Assembly: GCA_030390025.1 (NCBI GenBank)
Contig: CM059432.1
Location: 30,692,001 to 30,756,000, forward strand
From: Squalus acanthias
Lineage: Eukaryota
Direction: 5' to 3'
Length of the DNA: 64,000 nt
The position numbers were made by a program, and so were the translations under genes. This document shows positions 49,182-61,700 of the stretch, piece after piece. The first letter of the stretch is position 1. Each line of letters opens with the position of its first letter. The notes below the pieces were generated by a model, which was not told the DNA's origin, ran no database searches, and saw only the letters and a program-made list of their open reading frames with translations.

Positions 49182-49694
49182 AACTGTGAGCAAGCGGTGT
49201 GAGCAGAAGCCTTTAAATGAGAAACAAGGCATTCTCCACTTGCACCAACACTCCCTGTGACCTTAGCAACTTTAAACAAGTTTAGAAAGCTCCAAGAGTT
49301 GCAAACACTTAGACAGAGCCAGTAGAACTGAAAAAGCATGTCAGCTGCAAGTTGTTGATGATGATCACTTTAAATAGTGCTGCTGGGGGCTCCTTCCTGC
49401 AGCTGGTCGTGATTAGGAGAGGCCGGTATGTGGAGCGGCGACGTCAAAATTTGGCAGATCATGCGTCAAATCAGTGTTGCACACTCATTGACGTCACGAC
49501 CTGCCTCATTTCCATTTCTGCAGCGAGCACAGGCAACGGCAACACTGCCGACCTTCCCAAAATGGCGGCCGCTGCGGGACCCGCCGGAAGGGGACGGAAG
49601 CAAGTCGGCTGCCATTTTTTCTTCAAAATGGGCTTTAACGGCCGGCGCTAAACCCCCGAATTTCTAGGCCTTAGTTTTTTCTTAAATCACCAGA

Positions 49695-51600
49695 TCACAA
49701 GACAATTACAGATGAGGATGGTCATTGGCCCATCTTAATCCTCCATCCAAAGAGATCCTAAAGTCCCCCCATTTCAGCATCCAATTTTTTTCACCTTAAT
49801 TAATCTTTTAAAATGCCTATTCCTTTCATTGATCTCTCTTTGAGGGAAGAAGAATTTGCTGACATCAGTCCTAATTTACCTTTCTTTTGTACCCCTTGTC
49901 CTACTCTTGCAATTTAATTTGAACAAATTTTTCGGATTTATCTGTTTCATTTCCTTAACTATCTTATATACCTCTATAAGATCACCGGTCAGATGCCTCC
50001 TTTCCAGGCTGAAAAGCCCAAAACCCTGAAATTCCTTGAGGCTGCACTCCATCTACCCATGCCTGCTTAGGCTGGCCCTGTCCCAAATTAGAGGGACAGG
50101 GTCATTTGCAAGTCTTGGGCAGGCACATTGCGCTTGCAGGGTTGCTTCAGCAGTGCCTGCCATGAACTGCCAGTCGGAATGTTTGAGATGGCGCAATGCC
50201 ACTCGGACAGCAGAGAGGACAACAGGTAGGGCTTGCCGTGGAACTTTGCTTCTCAATCTTCAGACCAAACTGGGCTCGAGGTAAATTACTGTTCCCTAAT
50301 AAAGGTTGGCACCCAAGTTTCTCCAGTCTTTCCTCAATACTTGACCCATGACACTCGTGGCCAAACTTGTAGCTCTTCTCTGCACTGCCGCCAACACTTG
50401 AATGTCTCCCTTGTGCCTCAGCGATCAGAATTGAGTGTGGTGTCACCAGAGCACTGTCCAGTTTAATTATAATTTTGTGTGACTTGTATTCTAATATTTT
50501 GGCTATGTAGTTCAACATCCTATTGATTTTGTTGATTACTGTTCTGCATTAATTGGACAATTTGAGCGTCAAGTCTACTAAGGCCTCTTTTGTCTTTATT
50601 CTTATTTATTTCAACACCATTCGTGGAATTTATATGTCTCACTTATTATTTTCTTCCTAAGTGCAGTACTTCACATTTGACTGCATTAAATTTCATCTGC
50701 CATTGTTCTGCACACTTGCATATTTTGTCTAACTCATTCTGTAATTCCTGAGCTGCTTTTTCCAATTTCACTGCCCCTCCTAGTTTGACATCATCTATTA
50801 ATGTGATCACTTTGCAAAGGTTTTCTGAGTCTGGATCATTTGTGTAAAATAGAAAGAGTAGTGGCCCCAACAGTGAGTACTAGGCACCCAGCTCAGTACT
50901 TCCCCTTATCTGATATAACTCTTCTAATGAGTACCCATTATTGTCTACTCTTCAGAAAATTTCTTCGCAATTCACAGGATTAACCCTGAAGCCCCACAGC
51001 TTTGAGTTTGACAATTAGCCTTTTATATGGAACTTCGTCAAATGTCTTTTGGAAAGAAAGAAAGACTTACATTTATATAGCACCTTTCATGACCACCAGA
51101 TGTCTCAAAGCGCTTTACAGCCAATGAAGTACTTTTGGTGTGTAGTCACTGTTGTAATGTGGGAAACGTGGCAGCCAATTTGTGCACAGCAAGCTCCCAC
51201 AAACAGCAATTTGATAATGACCAGATAAACTGTTTTTGTTATGTTGATTGAGGGATAAATATTGGCCAGGACACCAGGGATAACTCCCCTACTCTTCTTC
51301 GAAATAGTGCCATGGGATCTTTTACGTCCACCTGAGAGGGCAGAGAGAAGTCATGGTACATCACGCCATAGCATTTACCGTAATCAACTTGGGTTGTCAC
51401 TTCCTCAAAAAAAATGAGGTGATTGCTCACTAAGGATCTTCTCCTTATGAAGCCATGTTGACTGCTCTTTATTAGGCTATTGTTGTACTGATGATCCTGA
51501 AGTTTACTCCTAATGAACAATTCCATTATTTTACATGGAATTGATTTAAAACTAATGGGTCTGTAGTTGCCAGGTGAGTTTAGTGCCCTGGCCTCAATCA
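49695..51600 (-). mobile_element. Old CR1 fragment containing a SINE (~51052-51345) and an unknown insert (~50020-50310)
   Basis: NYRPIS, SQHGF, GPLLFLFYTND, WQMKFNAVKCEVLHLG remnants. Confidence 0.75.
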
Positions 51601-51755
51601 TATTCTCCATAAAGAAATACTTCCTGCTATCCATTCTAAACGCACCTTTCATAATCCTAGTTCTATGACCTGTTGCCCTTCTGCCTTGGTATATCATCCA
51701 GCTTTAAAGAAAAAGGACATAAGGAGCCTTGGCGAGCAACTCGATCAGCCAGCTG

Positions 51756-52252
51756 TGGATGAAATTTGGGGCACAACCAGGTTCTGTCAGGATCCCACCC
51801 CATTTCTTCCACCTAGCCATCTCCAGGTGGGGGGAGGGGCTGGGGGTCTAGGTGGATCTTTTCTCCGCCCTCGCCCCACCACACATCAAGAGGTCATTTC
51901 TGGGGGAGCTCCCAGATTACCCTGGGAATTCTACCCATTCAAGCTGGCATGAGTCCCACTGAGGGTAATTCATTCCAGGTGGAATCAATTATCTTCCCTA
52001 AGAGGTCTGCTTGCTCTGTTGGATGCAGACGATTTAAAAATGTGGATTTTTGTTGGCCACTTCTAGGGCCCCTAGAGGGGCCTGCCACTCCTAAATTCTA
52101 GCCAGGACATCATGATGGGCGCCACTTACTGATGCGTTGTGCCCATCCCATGTATTCAAATGACTCCAACCCTGTAACTTGAAATATGGTCTGGGCCTGT
52201 CTGTCCAGCTTGACTTAGCGTCCATTCCACCAGTCTGGGTTGAAAGTCATCC
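51756..52252. mobile_element. MITE-like element
   Basis: Imperfect TIRs TGGATGAAATTT / AAAGTCATCCA; no TSD seen. Confidence 0.4.
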
Positions 52253-52439
52253 AGACTGCCCTTTAGTTTTTAATACTCATAAAACGTCAACAGAACAGCC
52301 TGGGCTTCAGTAGTTTTAAAATTTTTAAAGAATTAATCGGTGTCTGACCAGAACTCTTCACAAAATGTTCGCTATATGGATTGACCTCATAGATAGCGTT
52401 ATGAAAATTTCTTATGGTTGTCTTTTTTTAGCCAAATAA

Positions 52440-52900
52440 TAAACTCTTTCAAAAAGAAAGAAAGAATTCCCTGAAAGTGTAAGTGCAGGAAGGTAAAGCC
52501 ACAAAGAAAAGGACAGTGATATTATGGATTTTATAAAAAGGAGTATAGAAAACAAAAGGAAAGAGGTTATGATAAAATTGTACAAAACATCAGTTAATTC
52601 ATAGTTAGAGTGCTGTGTACAATTTAGGGAATTCTATTATAGAAAACATATTAAAACCATATAGAGTGTTAAATGAAAATTCACCAGGCTGTTGTCAGGG
52701 ATGAGAAACTATAGTTATGAGACTTGATGTCCCAGGACTATTTCCATTGTAGTAATGAAGGTTTAAAAATTTAAATAAGGTTTATAAAATTACAAAGCAT
52801 AGAGTGAATAGAGAAAGACTATTTCCCCTGGGCATCAATAATAAGGTCATCAATTTGAAATTGTCACTGAGAATGAAGAGAGAAGTTAAGAGAATTTTCT
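52440..52900 (+). mobile_element. Highly decayed CR1 fragment
   Basis: AT-drifted similarity to the CR1 ORF2 C-terminal region. Confidence 0.55.
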
Positions 52901-53163
52901 TGGATTTTTCTCTTATTGAGAAGTAACGTTGGGAGAGTGGGAACAGCTCTGAGGAGTTTCCTGGCCAATGTCACTCAAAAGTGAAACTACATCTGGCTGG
53001 GGTGTTAACCTGAGAAGGTAATTCTGAATAACTCAGACTTTAACAATGTCAACACTGGCTTTTTGACACTAGCGTTGAATGCTGGCCAAATAAAATAATT
53101 GATAGAAAAAAAAATAATAATAATTAATTAACTAATCAAATAAATAAAGAAGGTTAGATAGAC

Positions 53164-55169
53164 ATGGCAGTGCAGGTGGTGTGCTGTAACTGCAGCATGT
53201 GGGAGTTTGTGGAGACCAGCGAGACCCCGAGCAACCACATCTGCAGTAAGATGGTTGTGGTGGTTGAAGGTCAATCATCACAGCCCCAGTACATCGCTGC
53301 AGGAGTTCCTCAGGGCAGTGTCCTAGGCCCAACCATCTTCAGCTGCTTCATCAATGACCTTCCCTCCAACATAAGGTCAGAAATGGGGATGTTCGCTGAT
53401 GACTGCACAGTGTTCAGCACCATTCGCAACTCCACAGATAATGAAGCAGTCCATGCCCGCATGCAACAAGACCTGGACAACGTTCAGGCTTGGGCTGATA
53501 AGTGGCAGGTAACATTCACGCCACAGAAGTGCCAGGCAATGACTATCTCCAACAAGCGAGAGTCTAACCACCTTCCATTGACATTCAATGGCATTACCAT
53601 CGCCGAATCCCCCACTATCAACATCCTGGGGGTCACCATTAACCAGAAACTTAACTGGACCAGCCACATAAATACTGTGGCAACAAGAGCAGGTCAGAGG
53701 CTAGGTATTCTGCGGCGAGTGTCTCACCTCCTGACTCCCCAAAGCCTTTCCACCATCTACAAGGCACAAGTAAGGAGTGTGATGGAATACTCTCCGCTTG
53801 CCTGGATGAGTGTAGCTCCAACAACACTCAAGAAGCTCGACACCATCCAGGACAAAGCAGCCCACTTGATTGGCACCCCATCCACCACCTTAAACATTCA
53901 CTCCCTCCACCACCGGCGTACCGTGGCTGCAGTGTGTACCATCTACAAGATGCACTGCAGCAACTCGCCAAGGCTTCTTCGGCAGCACTTCCCAAACCCG
54001 CGACCTCTTCCACCTAGAAGAACAAGGACAGCACGCGCATGGGAACACCACCACCACCAAGTTCCCCTCCAAGTCACACACCATCCTGACTTAGAAGTAT
54101 ATCGCTGATCCTTCATCGTCGCTGGGTCAAAATCCTGGAACTCCCTACCTAACAGCACTGTGGGAGTACCATCACCACACGGACTGCAGCGGTTCAAGAA
54201 GGTGGCTCACCACCACATTCTCAAGGGCAACTAGGGATGGGCAATAAATGCTGGCATTGCCAGCGACGCCCTGATCCCATAAACAAATTAAAAAAAAGTG
54301 TCTGCAGCTCGAGGAACTTTGGCTCAGAGTTGTTGAGCTGGAGTCTGAGGTGCAGACATTGCGGAGCCTCAGTGAGGGGGAGGGTTACCTGGACACTTTG
54401 TTCCAGGAGGCAGTCACACCCCTTAGATTAAGTAGTACTTTAGAGTTTGTCAATGGTCAGGGACAGGAGGGTGTGACCGCGAGTCAACAAGGTATGGGGA
54501 CCCAGAATGTAGTGATGGAGGAGTCTCAGCCCTTGACTTTGACCAACAGGTATGAAATACTTGTTACCTGTGGGGATGAAAACAAGGACTGCAGGGTGGA
54601 TGAACAAACTGACCATGGCATCATGATGCAGGAGGCCATACAAATGGAGGTAGTGAAAATGAACGTGGTAGTGGTAGGGGACAGTATAGTCAGAGGGATA
54701 GATACTTCTCTGCAGCCGCGACCAGGAGTTCCGAAGGTTGCGTTGCCTGCCTGGTGCCAGGGTAAAGGATGTCTCCTCGCGGCTGGAGAAGAACTTGGGG
54801 TGGGAGGGGGAGGATCCAGTTGTCATGGTACATGTAGCAACCAACAACATAGATAGAACTAGGAATGAGGTTCTGCTGAGAGAGTTTGAGGAGCGAGGGT
54901 CAAAATTAAAATGCAGAACCTCACAGGTAATAATCTCTGGATTTTTACCTGAGCCACATACAAATTGGCAAAGGGACAAACAGATTAGAAGGTTAAATGC
55001 GTGGCTCAAAGAGTGGTGTGGGAGGCAGGGGTTTCAATTCATGGGGCAGTGGCACCAGTACTGGGGAAAGAGGGAGGTGTTCCGTGGGGACGGGCTCCAC
55101 TTAAACCGGGCTGGGACCACAGTCCTGGCAAATCGAATAACTGAGGCAGTAGATAGGACTTTAAACTAA
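53164..55169 (+). pseudogene. CR1 ORF1 (Cys zinc finger, leucine zipper, SGNH esterase), interrupted at 53251-54297
   Basis: VCCNCSMWE...HICSK|CLQLEELWLRVVELE; VVGDSIVRG; HVATNN; DGLHLN. Confidence 0.88.
53251..54297 (+). mobile_element. Well-preserved 5'-truncated copy of the tRNA-headed LINE family
   Basis: [37 protein letters not shown]; poly(A) end; splits CR1 ORF1. Confidence 0.92.
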
Positions 55170-55329
55170 TGACAGGGAGGAATCAGGAAATGGTAAATTC
55201 AAAAGCAGTGAGAGAAAGGTCAAGGCTGTAGAGCAGAGTAGTGATCTGGGTAAAGATAAGCAGAGTGGGTCAGGAAGGACAGAACGATTAATAAAGGTAA
55301 CAGGGCATTAGTGAGTAAAGTGATATCAG

Positions 55330-58160
55330 GGAAAAATAGAAAAAAGTTAAAGCTAAAGGTACTATATCTGAATGCATGAAAGATTCGCAACAAAATAGAT
55401 GAATTAATAGCGCAGATAGAAATAAATGGGTTTGATTTAATAGCCATTATAGGTTGCAGAGTGACCAAGGTTGGAAACTAAATATTCCAGGATATTTGAC
55501 TTTTAGAAGAGACAGGCAGAATGGAAAAGGAGGAGGTATAGCCTTGATAATAAAGGAGGGAATAAAGACAGTAGAGAGAAAGGATTTTGGCTTAGAAAAA
55601 CAAAATGTAGAATCAGTTTGCATGGAGCTAAGAAACACCAAGGGGCAGAAAACACTAGTGGGAGTAGTCTATAGGCCCCCAAACAATGGTTGTAGTGTCA
55701 GGCAGAGTATAAATCAGGAAATTAGAGATGCATGTAACAAGGGTAATACAGTAATCATGGTGGACTTTAATTTTCATATTGACTGGGCAAACCAAATTTG
55801 CAGAAATAGTGCAGAGGAAGAGTTCATGGAATGCATTCAAGATAGTTTTCTAGATCAGTATGTCAAGGAACCAAAGAGGGAATTGGTTATTTTAGATCTA
55901 GTACTGTGCAATGAGACAGGGTTAATTAATAACTTTGTAGTAAAGAAGCCTCTGGGGAGCAGTGATCATAATATGATAGAATTTTATGTTGCGTTTGAGA
56001 GTGATTTAGTTAAATCTGAAACTAGGGTCCGAAACCTGAACAAAGCAAACTATGTAGGTATGAGAGACAAGTTGGCTAAGGTAGGTTGGGAAACTAGATT
56101 AAAAGATATGACAGTAGAAAAGCAATGGCAAACATTTAAAGAAATAATTCATAATTTGTAACGAATATACATTCCCTTAAGGAATACAAACACCACAGGA
56201 AAAATGGTCCAACCGTGGCTAAGAAAAGAAATTAAAGATAGTATTGGATTAAAGGAAGAGGCTTATAATGTTGCCAAAAAGAATAGTAAGCCTGAGGTGT
56301 GGGAGGATTTTAGAATTCAGCAAATGAGGACCAAGAAATTGATAAAGAAAGGGAAAATAGAATATGAGAGTAAACTAGGGAGAGACATAAATACAGACTG
56401 AAAAAGCTTCTATAGGTGTGTAAAAAGGAAAAGATTAATGAAAGTAAACATGAGTCCCTTACAGGCTGAGTCAGGAGAAATTATAATGGGGAATAAGGAA
56501 ATGGCAGGGAAATTAAACAAATACTTTGTGTCTGTCTTCACGGAAGAAGACGCAAAAATCCTCCTGGAAATAGTGGCGAACCAAAGGTTTAGCGAAAATG
56601 AGGAACTGAAAGAAATTAGTATTAGTAAAAAAAATAGTACTGGAGAAATTAATGGAACTGAAAGCCAATAAATCTCCTGGACCTGATGGCCTACATCCTA
56701 GGATTTTAAAAGAGGTGGCTATAGAGATGGTGCATGAATTGGTTATCATCTTCCAAAATTCCATAGATTCTAGAACGTTTCCCGTGGATTGGAAGGTACC
56801 AAATTTAACCCCACTATTTATGAAAGGAGGGAGAGTGAAAATGGGGAACTACAGACCAGTTAGCTTGACGTCAGTAGCAGGGAAAATGTTAGAATCTATT
56901 ATTAAGGATGTGGTAACAAGGCACTTAGAAAATAATAATAGGATTGGGCAGAGTCAACACAGATTTATGAAAGGAACATCATGTTTGACGAACCTGTTAG
57001 AGTTTTTTGAGGTTGTAACTAGCAGAATAGACAAGGGGGAACCAGTGGATGTGGTACATTTGGATTTTCAGAAGGTATTGGATAAGGTGCCACACAAGAG
57101 GTTATTAAACAAAATTAGGGTTCATGGGATTGGGGGTAATGTACTAGCATGGATTGAGGATTGGTTAATGGACAGAAAACAGAGAATAGGAATAAATGGG
57201 TAATTTTTGGGTTGGCAGGCTGCAACTAGTGGGGTACCGCAAGGATCAGTGCTTGGGCCTCAGCTACTCACAATCTACATCAATGATTTGGATGAGGGGA
57301 CCAAATGTAATATATCCAAGTTTGCTGATGATACAAAGCTAGGTGGGAATGTAAGTTGTGAGGAGGATGCAAAGAGGCTTCAAGAGGATATAGACAGGCT
57401 AAGTGAATGGGCAAGAACATGGCAAATGGAATATAATGTGGAGAAATGTGAAGTTATCCACTTTTGTAGGAAAATTAGAAAAGCAGAGTATTTTTTAAAT
57501 GGTGAGAGATTGGGAAATGTTGGTGTTCAGAGGGACCTGGGTGTCCTTGTACATGAATCATTGAAAGTTAACATGCAGGTTCAGCAAGCAATTAAGAAAG
57601 CAAATGGTATGTTAGCCTTTATTACACGAGGATTTGAGTATAAGAGTAAAGAGTTATTACTGCAATTATATAGGGCCCCTGGTGAGACCACACCTGGAGT
57701 ATTGTGTACAGTTTTGGTCTCCTTAACTAAGGAAGGATATACTTGCCATAGAGGGAGTGCAACGAAGGTTCGCCAGACTGATTCCTGGAATGGGGGGATT
57801 GTCCTTTGAGGAGAGATTGAGTAGACTAGTCCTATATTCTCTAGAGTTTAGAAGAATTAGGGGTCATCTCATTGAAACATACAAAATTCTTTCAGGGCTT
57901 GACAGGTTAGATGCAGGGAGGATGTTTCCCCTGGCTGGGGAGTCTAGAACCAACGGTTACTGTCTCAGAATAAGGGGTCGGCCATTTAGGACTGAGATGA
58001 GGAGAAATTTCTTCACTCAGAGGGTGGTGAATCTTTGGAATTCTCTACCCCAGAGGGCTGTGAAGGCTCAGTCGTTGAGTATATTCAAGACAGAGATTGA
58101 TAGGTTTTTGGATATTTAGGGAATCAAGGGATATGGGGATAGTGCAGGAAACTGGAGTTG
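55330..58160 (+). pseudogene. CR1 ORF2 (APE endonuclease and RT) with multiple stops and frameshifts
   Basis: [48 protein letters not shown]. Confidence 0.92.
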
Positions 58161-58744
58161 AGGTAGAAGATCAGCCATGATCTTATTGAATGGCGGAGCA
58201 GGCTCGAGCAGCCAAATGACCTACTCCTGCTCCTATTTCTTATGTTCTTATGTTCTTATGTAAATGGACACCATGGTGCAGGTGCGCAAATTAATCTTTG
58301 TTACTGAACATAGCAGTGGAGCCATTGCATTTTCAGTCGCAGAAGTTGGAGGCAGATCTACTGTCCTTTCTTAGCTGGACAAGAAGCCAAAGTCTTGAAC
58401 TCTGCCCTGTCTCCTGCTCTCCCATCCAAGGATTGGGCCAATTGAATTTCCAATCAAACCAGATTACTGCCCTCCTAGGGTTAGGCTCCTGGCTGCTGTT
58501 CCCTCCCTCAGTAGGCTCACATGAAAAAAGCTACACTAACATAATATGTATGTATGTTTACTAGAATGTCTTAATGAACCTCATTCAATTGGATTTAATT
58601 TGCATTCTTAACAAATGGTTATTCTGTGGATTTAATCCATTTTGAGCAGAAGTTAACTTAATAACGACATCTTCGTATCAATTATCTGAAATCCCCTCTG
58701 GACTCTGGACAGTGCTGTATAAATACAAGCTTTGTTATTGTTGT

Positions 58745-61700
58745 TACATAGGGACAGGAGTAGACCGTACAGACCCTCGAGCCTGTTCTGTCATTCAATC
58801 AGATCATAGCTGAACTGTACCTCAATTCCATTTACCCGCCTTTGATCGATATCCCTTGATACCTCTAGCTAGCAAAGATTTATCGATCTCAGTCTTGAAA
58901 ATTCCAATTGATAGCAGTCTTTTGGAGACATAATTTCACCTTTCCATGACTTTTTGTGTGAAAAAGTGCTTCCTGCTTTCACTCCTGAATGGCCTCGCTC
59001 TATTTTTTAACATTGTGCCCGTCATGTTCTGGATTCCCCAACCAGAGGTAATAACTTCTCAGCATTTTTTTAGTTTATTCATTCATGGAATGTGGGCGTC
59101 GCTGGCAAGGACAGCATTTATTGCCCATCCCTAATTACTCTTGAGAAGATAGTGGTGAGCCATGACTTGAACCACTGCAGTCCGTGTGGTGAAAGTACTC
59201 CCACAGTGCTGTTAGGTGGGGAGTTCCAGGATTTTGAACCAGCGACGATGAAGGAACGGCAATATATTTCCAAGTCAGGATCATTCGTGCCGTGGAGGGG
59301 AACTTGGAGGTGGTGGTGTTCCCATGCTCCTGCTGCCTTTCTCCTTCTAGGTGGTACAGGTCGCGGGTTTGGAAGGTGCTCTCGAAGAAGCCTTGGAGAG
59401 TTGCTGCAGTGCATCTTGTAGATGGTACACACTGCAGCCACGGTGCGCTGGTGGTCGAGGGAGTGAATGTTTAAGGTGGTGGATGGGGTGCCAATCAAGT
59501 GGGCTGCTTTGTCCTGAATGGTGTTGAGCCTCTTGAGTGTTGTTGGAGCTGCACTCATCCAGGCAAGTGGAGCGTATTCCATCACACTCCTTACTTGTGC
59601 CTTGTGGGTGGTAGAAAGGCTTTGGGGAGTCAGGAGGTGGGTCACTCACCACAGAATATCCAGCCTCTGACCTGCTCTTGTAGCCACAGTATATATGTGG
59701 CTGGTCCAGTTAAGTTTCTGGGCAATGGTGACTCCCAGGATGTTGCTTGTGGGGAATTTGATGATGGTAATGCTATTGAATGTCAAGGGGAAGTGGTTAG
59801 ACTCTCTTGTTGGAGATGATCATTGCCTGGCACTTGTGTGGCCCAAATGTTACTTGCCACTTATCAGCCCAAGCCTGGATGTTGTCCAGGTCATGTTGTA
59901 TGCGGGCACGGACTGCGCCGTTATCTGATGAATAGCGAATGGAACTGAACACAATGCAATCATCAGCGAACATCCCCACTTCCCCAGCTGAAGTTGTTTG
60001 GGCCTAGGAAACTGCCCTGAGGAACTCCTGCATTGATGTCCTCGGGCCGAGATGATTGGCCTCCAACAAACATGATCATCTTTCTTTGTGCTAGGTATGA
60101 TTCCAACCAGTGGAGAGTTTTCCCTGATCCTCATTGACATCAATTTTACTAGGGTTTCAAATGCTGCCTTGATGTCAAGGGCAGTCACTCTCACCTCACC
60201 TCTGGAATTCAGTTCTTTTGTCCAATTTTGGACCAAGGCTGTAATGAGGTCTGGAAGCCAAGTGGTCCTGGTGGAACCCAAACATTAGCATTGGTGAGTA
60301 AGTGCCACTTGATTGCACTGTCAACGACACCTTCCATCACTTTGCTGATGATTGAGAGTAGGCTGATGGAGTGGAAAGTGGCCAGATTTAATTTGTCCTG
60401 CTTTTTGTGGACAGGGCATATCTGGTCAATTTTCCACTTTGTCGGGTAGACACCAGTGTTGTAGCTGTGCTGGAACAGCTTGGCTAGAGCACGGCTAGTT
60501 CTGGAGCACAGGTCTTCGGCACTACAGCCGGGATGTTTTTGGGGCCCATAGCCTTTGCTGTATTCAGTTCGCTCAGCCATTCCTTGACATCACGTGGAGT
60601 GATTCGAATTGGCTGAAGACTGGTATCTGTGATGGTGGGGATCTCAGGAGGAGGCCAAGATGGATCATCCACTCGGCACGCATGACTGAAGATGGTTGTG
60701 AATGCTTCAGTCTTGACTTTTGCACTTATATGCTGGGCTCCTCTATCATTGAGGATAGGGATTGTCATGGAGCCTCCTCCTCCCGTTAGCTGTTTAATTG
60801 TCCACCACTATTCACGACTGAATGTGGCAGGACTGCAGAGCTTTGATCTGATCCATTGGTTGTGGTATCGCTTAGCTCTGTCTATAGCATGCTGCTTCTG
60901 CTGTTTAGCATGCATGCTGTGTTGTAGCAACACCAGGTTGACACCTCATTTTTTAGGAATGCCTGGTGCTGCTCCTGGCATGCTCTTCTACACTTCAATT
61001 GAACCAGAGTTGGTCCCCTGGCTTGATGGTAATGGTAGAGTGAGGGATATGCCGGACCATGAGGTTACAGATTGTGGTGGAATTTAATTCTGCTGCTGCT
61101 GATGGCCCACAGCACCTCATGGATACCCAGTTTTGAGCTGCTAGATCTGTCCTGAATCTATCCCATTTAGCACGATGGAGGGTGTCCTCAGTGTGAACAT
61201 GGGACTTCGTCTCCATAAGGACTGTGCAGTGGTCACTCCTACCAATACTGTCATAGACAGATACATCTGCGACAAGTAGATTGGTGAGGACAAGGTCAAG
61301 AAGGTTTTTCCCTCACCATCTGCCGCAAGACCAGTTTGGCAGTTATGTCGTTCAGGACTTGGCCAGCTCAGTCAGTAGTAGTGCTACCGAGCCACTCTTG
61401 GTGACGGGCATTGAAGTGCCCCACCCAGAGTACATTCTGTGCATTTGCTGTCCTCAGTGCTTCTTCCAAATAGTGTTCAAAATGGAAGAATACTGAATCA
61501 TCAGCTGAGGGAGGGTGATAGGTTGTAATCAGCAGGAGGTTTCCCTGCCCATGTTTGACCTGATGCCATTAGACATTATGGGGTCCAGAGTCAATGTTGA
61601 GGACTCCCAGTGCCACTCCCTCTCCACAGTATATAACTGTGTTGAATCCTGTGGGACAGGACATACCCAGGGATTATGATGGAGGAGTCTGGGATGTTAG

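Larger units (their letters stand above)
46414..49670. mobile_element. PIF/Harbinger transposon with internally deleted transposase
   Basis: Perfect 12-bp TIRs GGCCTAGAAATT / AATTTCTAGGCC; TSD TTA. Confidence 0.93.
52940..58262 (+). mobile_element. Near full-length decayed CR1 LINE (ORF1 and ORF2)
   Basis: 5' UTR, ORF1, ORF2 endonuclease and RT fragments, (TTCTTATG)n tail; 5' boundary approximate. Confidence 0.92.

Noticed and set aside
53164..54108. 314-aa zinc finger-RT fusion ORF
   Set aside because: Chance in-frame junction of the CR1 ORF1 start with an inserted LINE; ORF1 resumes at 54298
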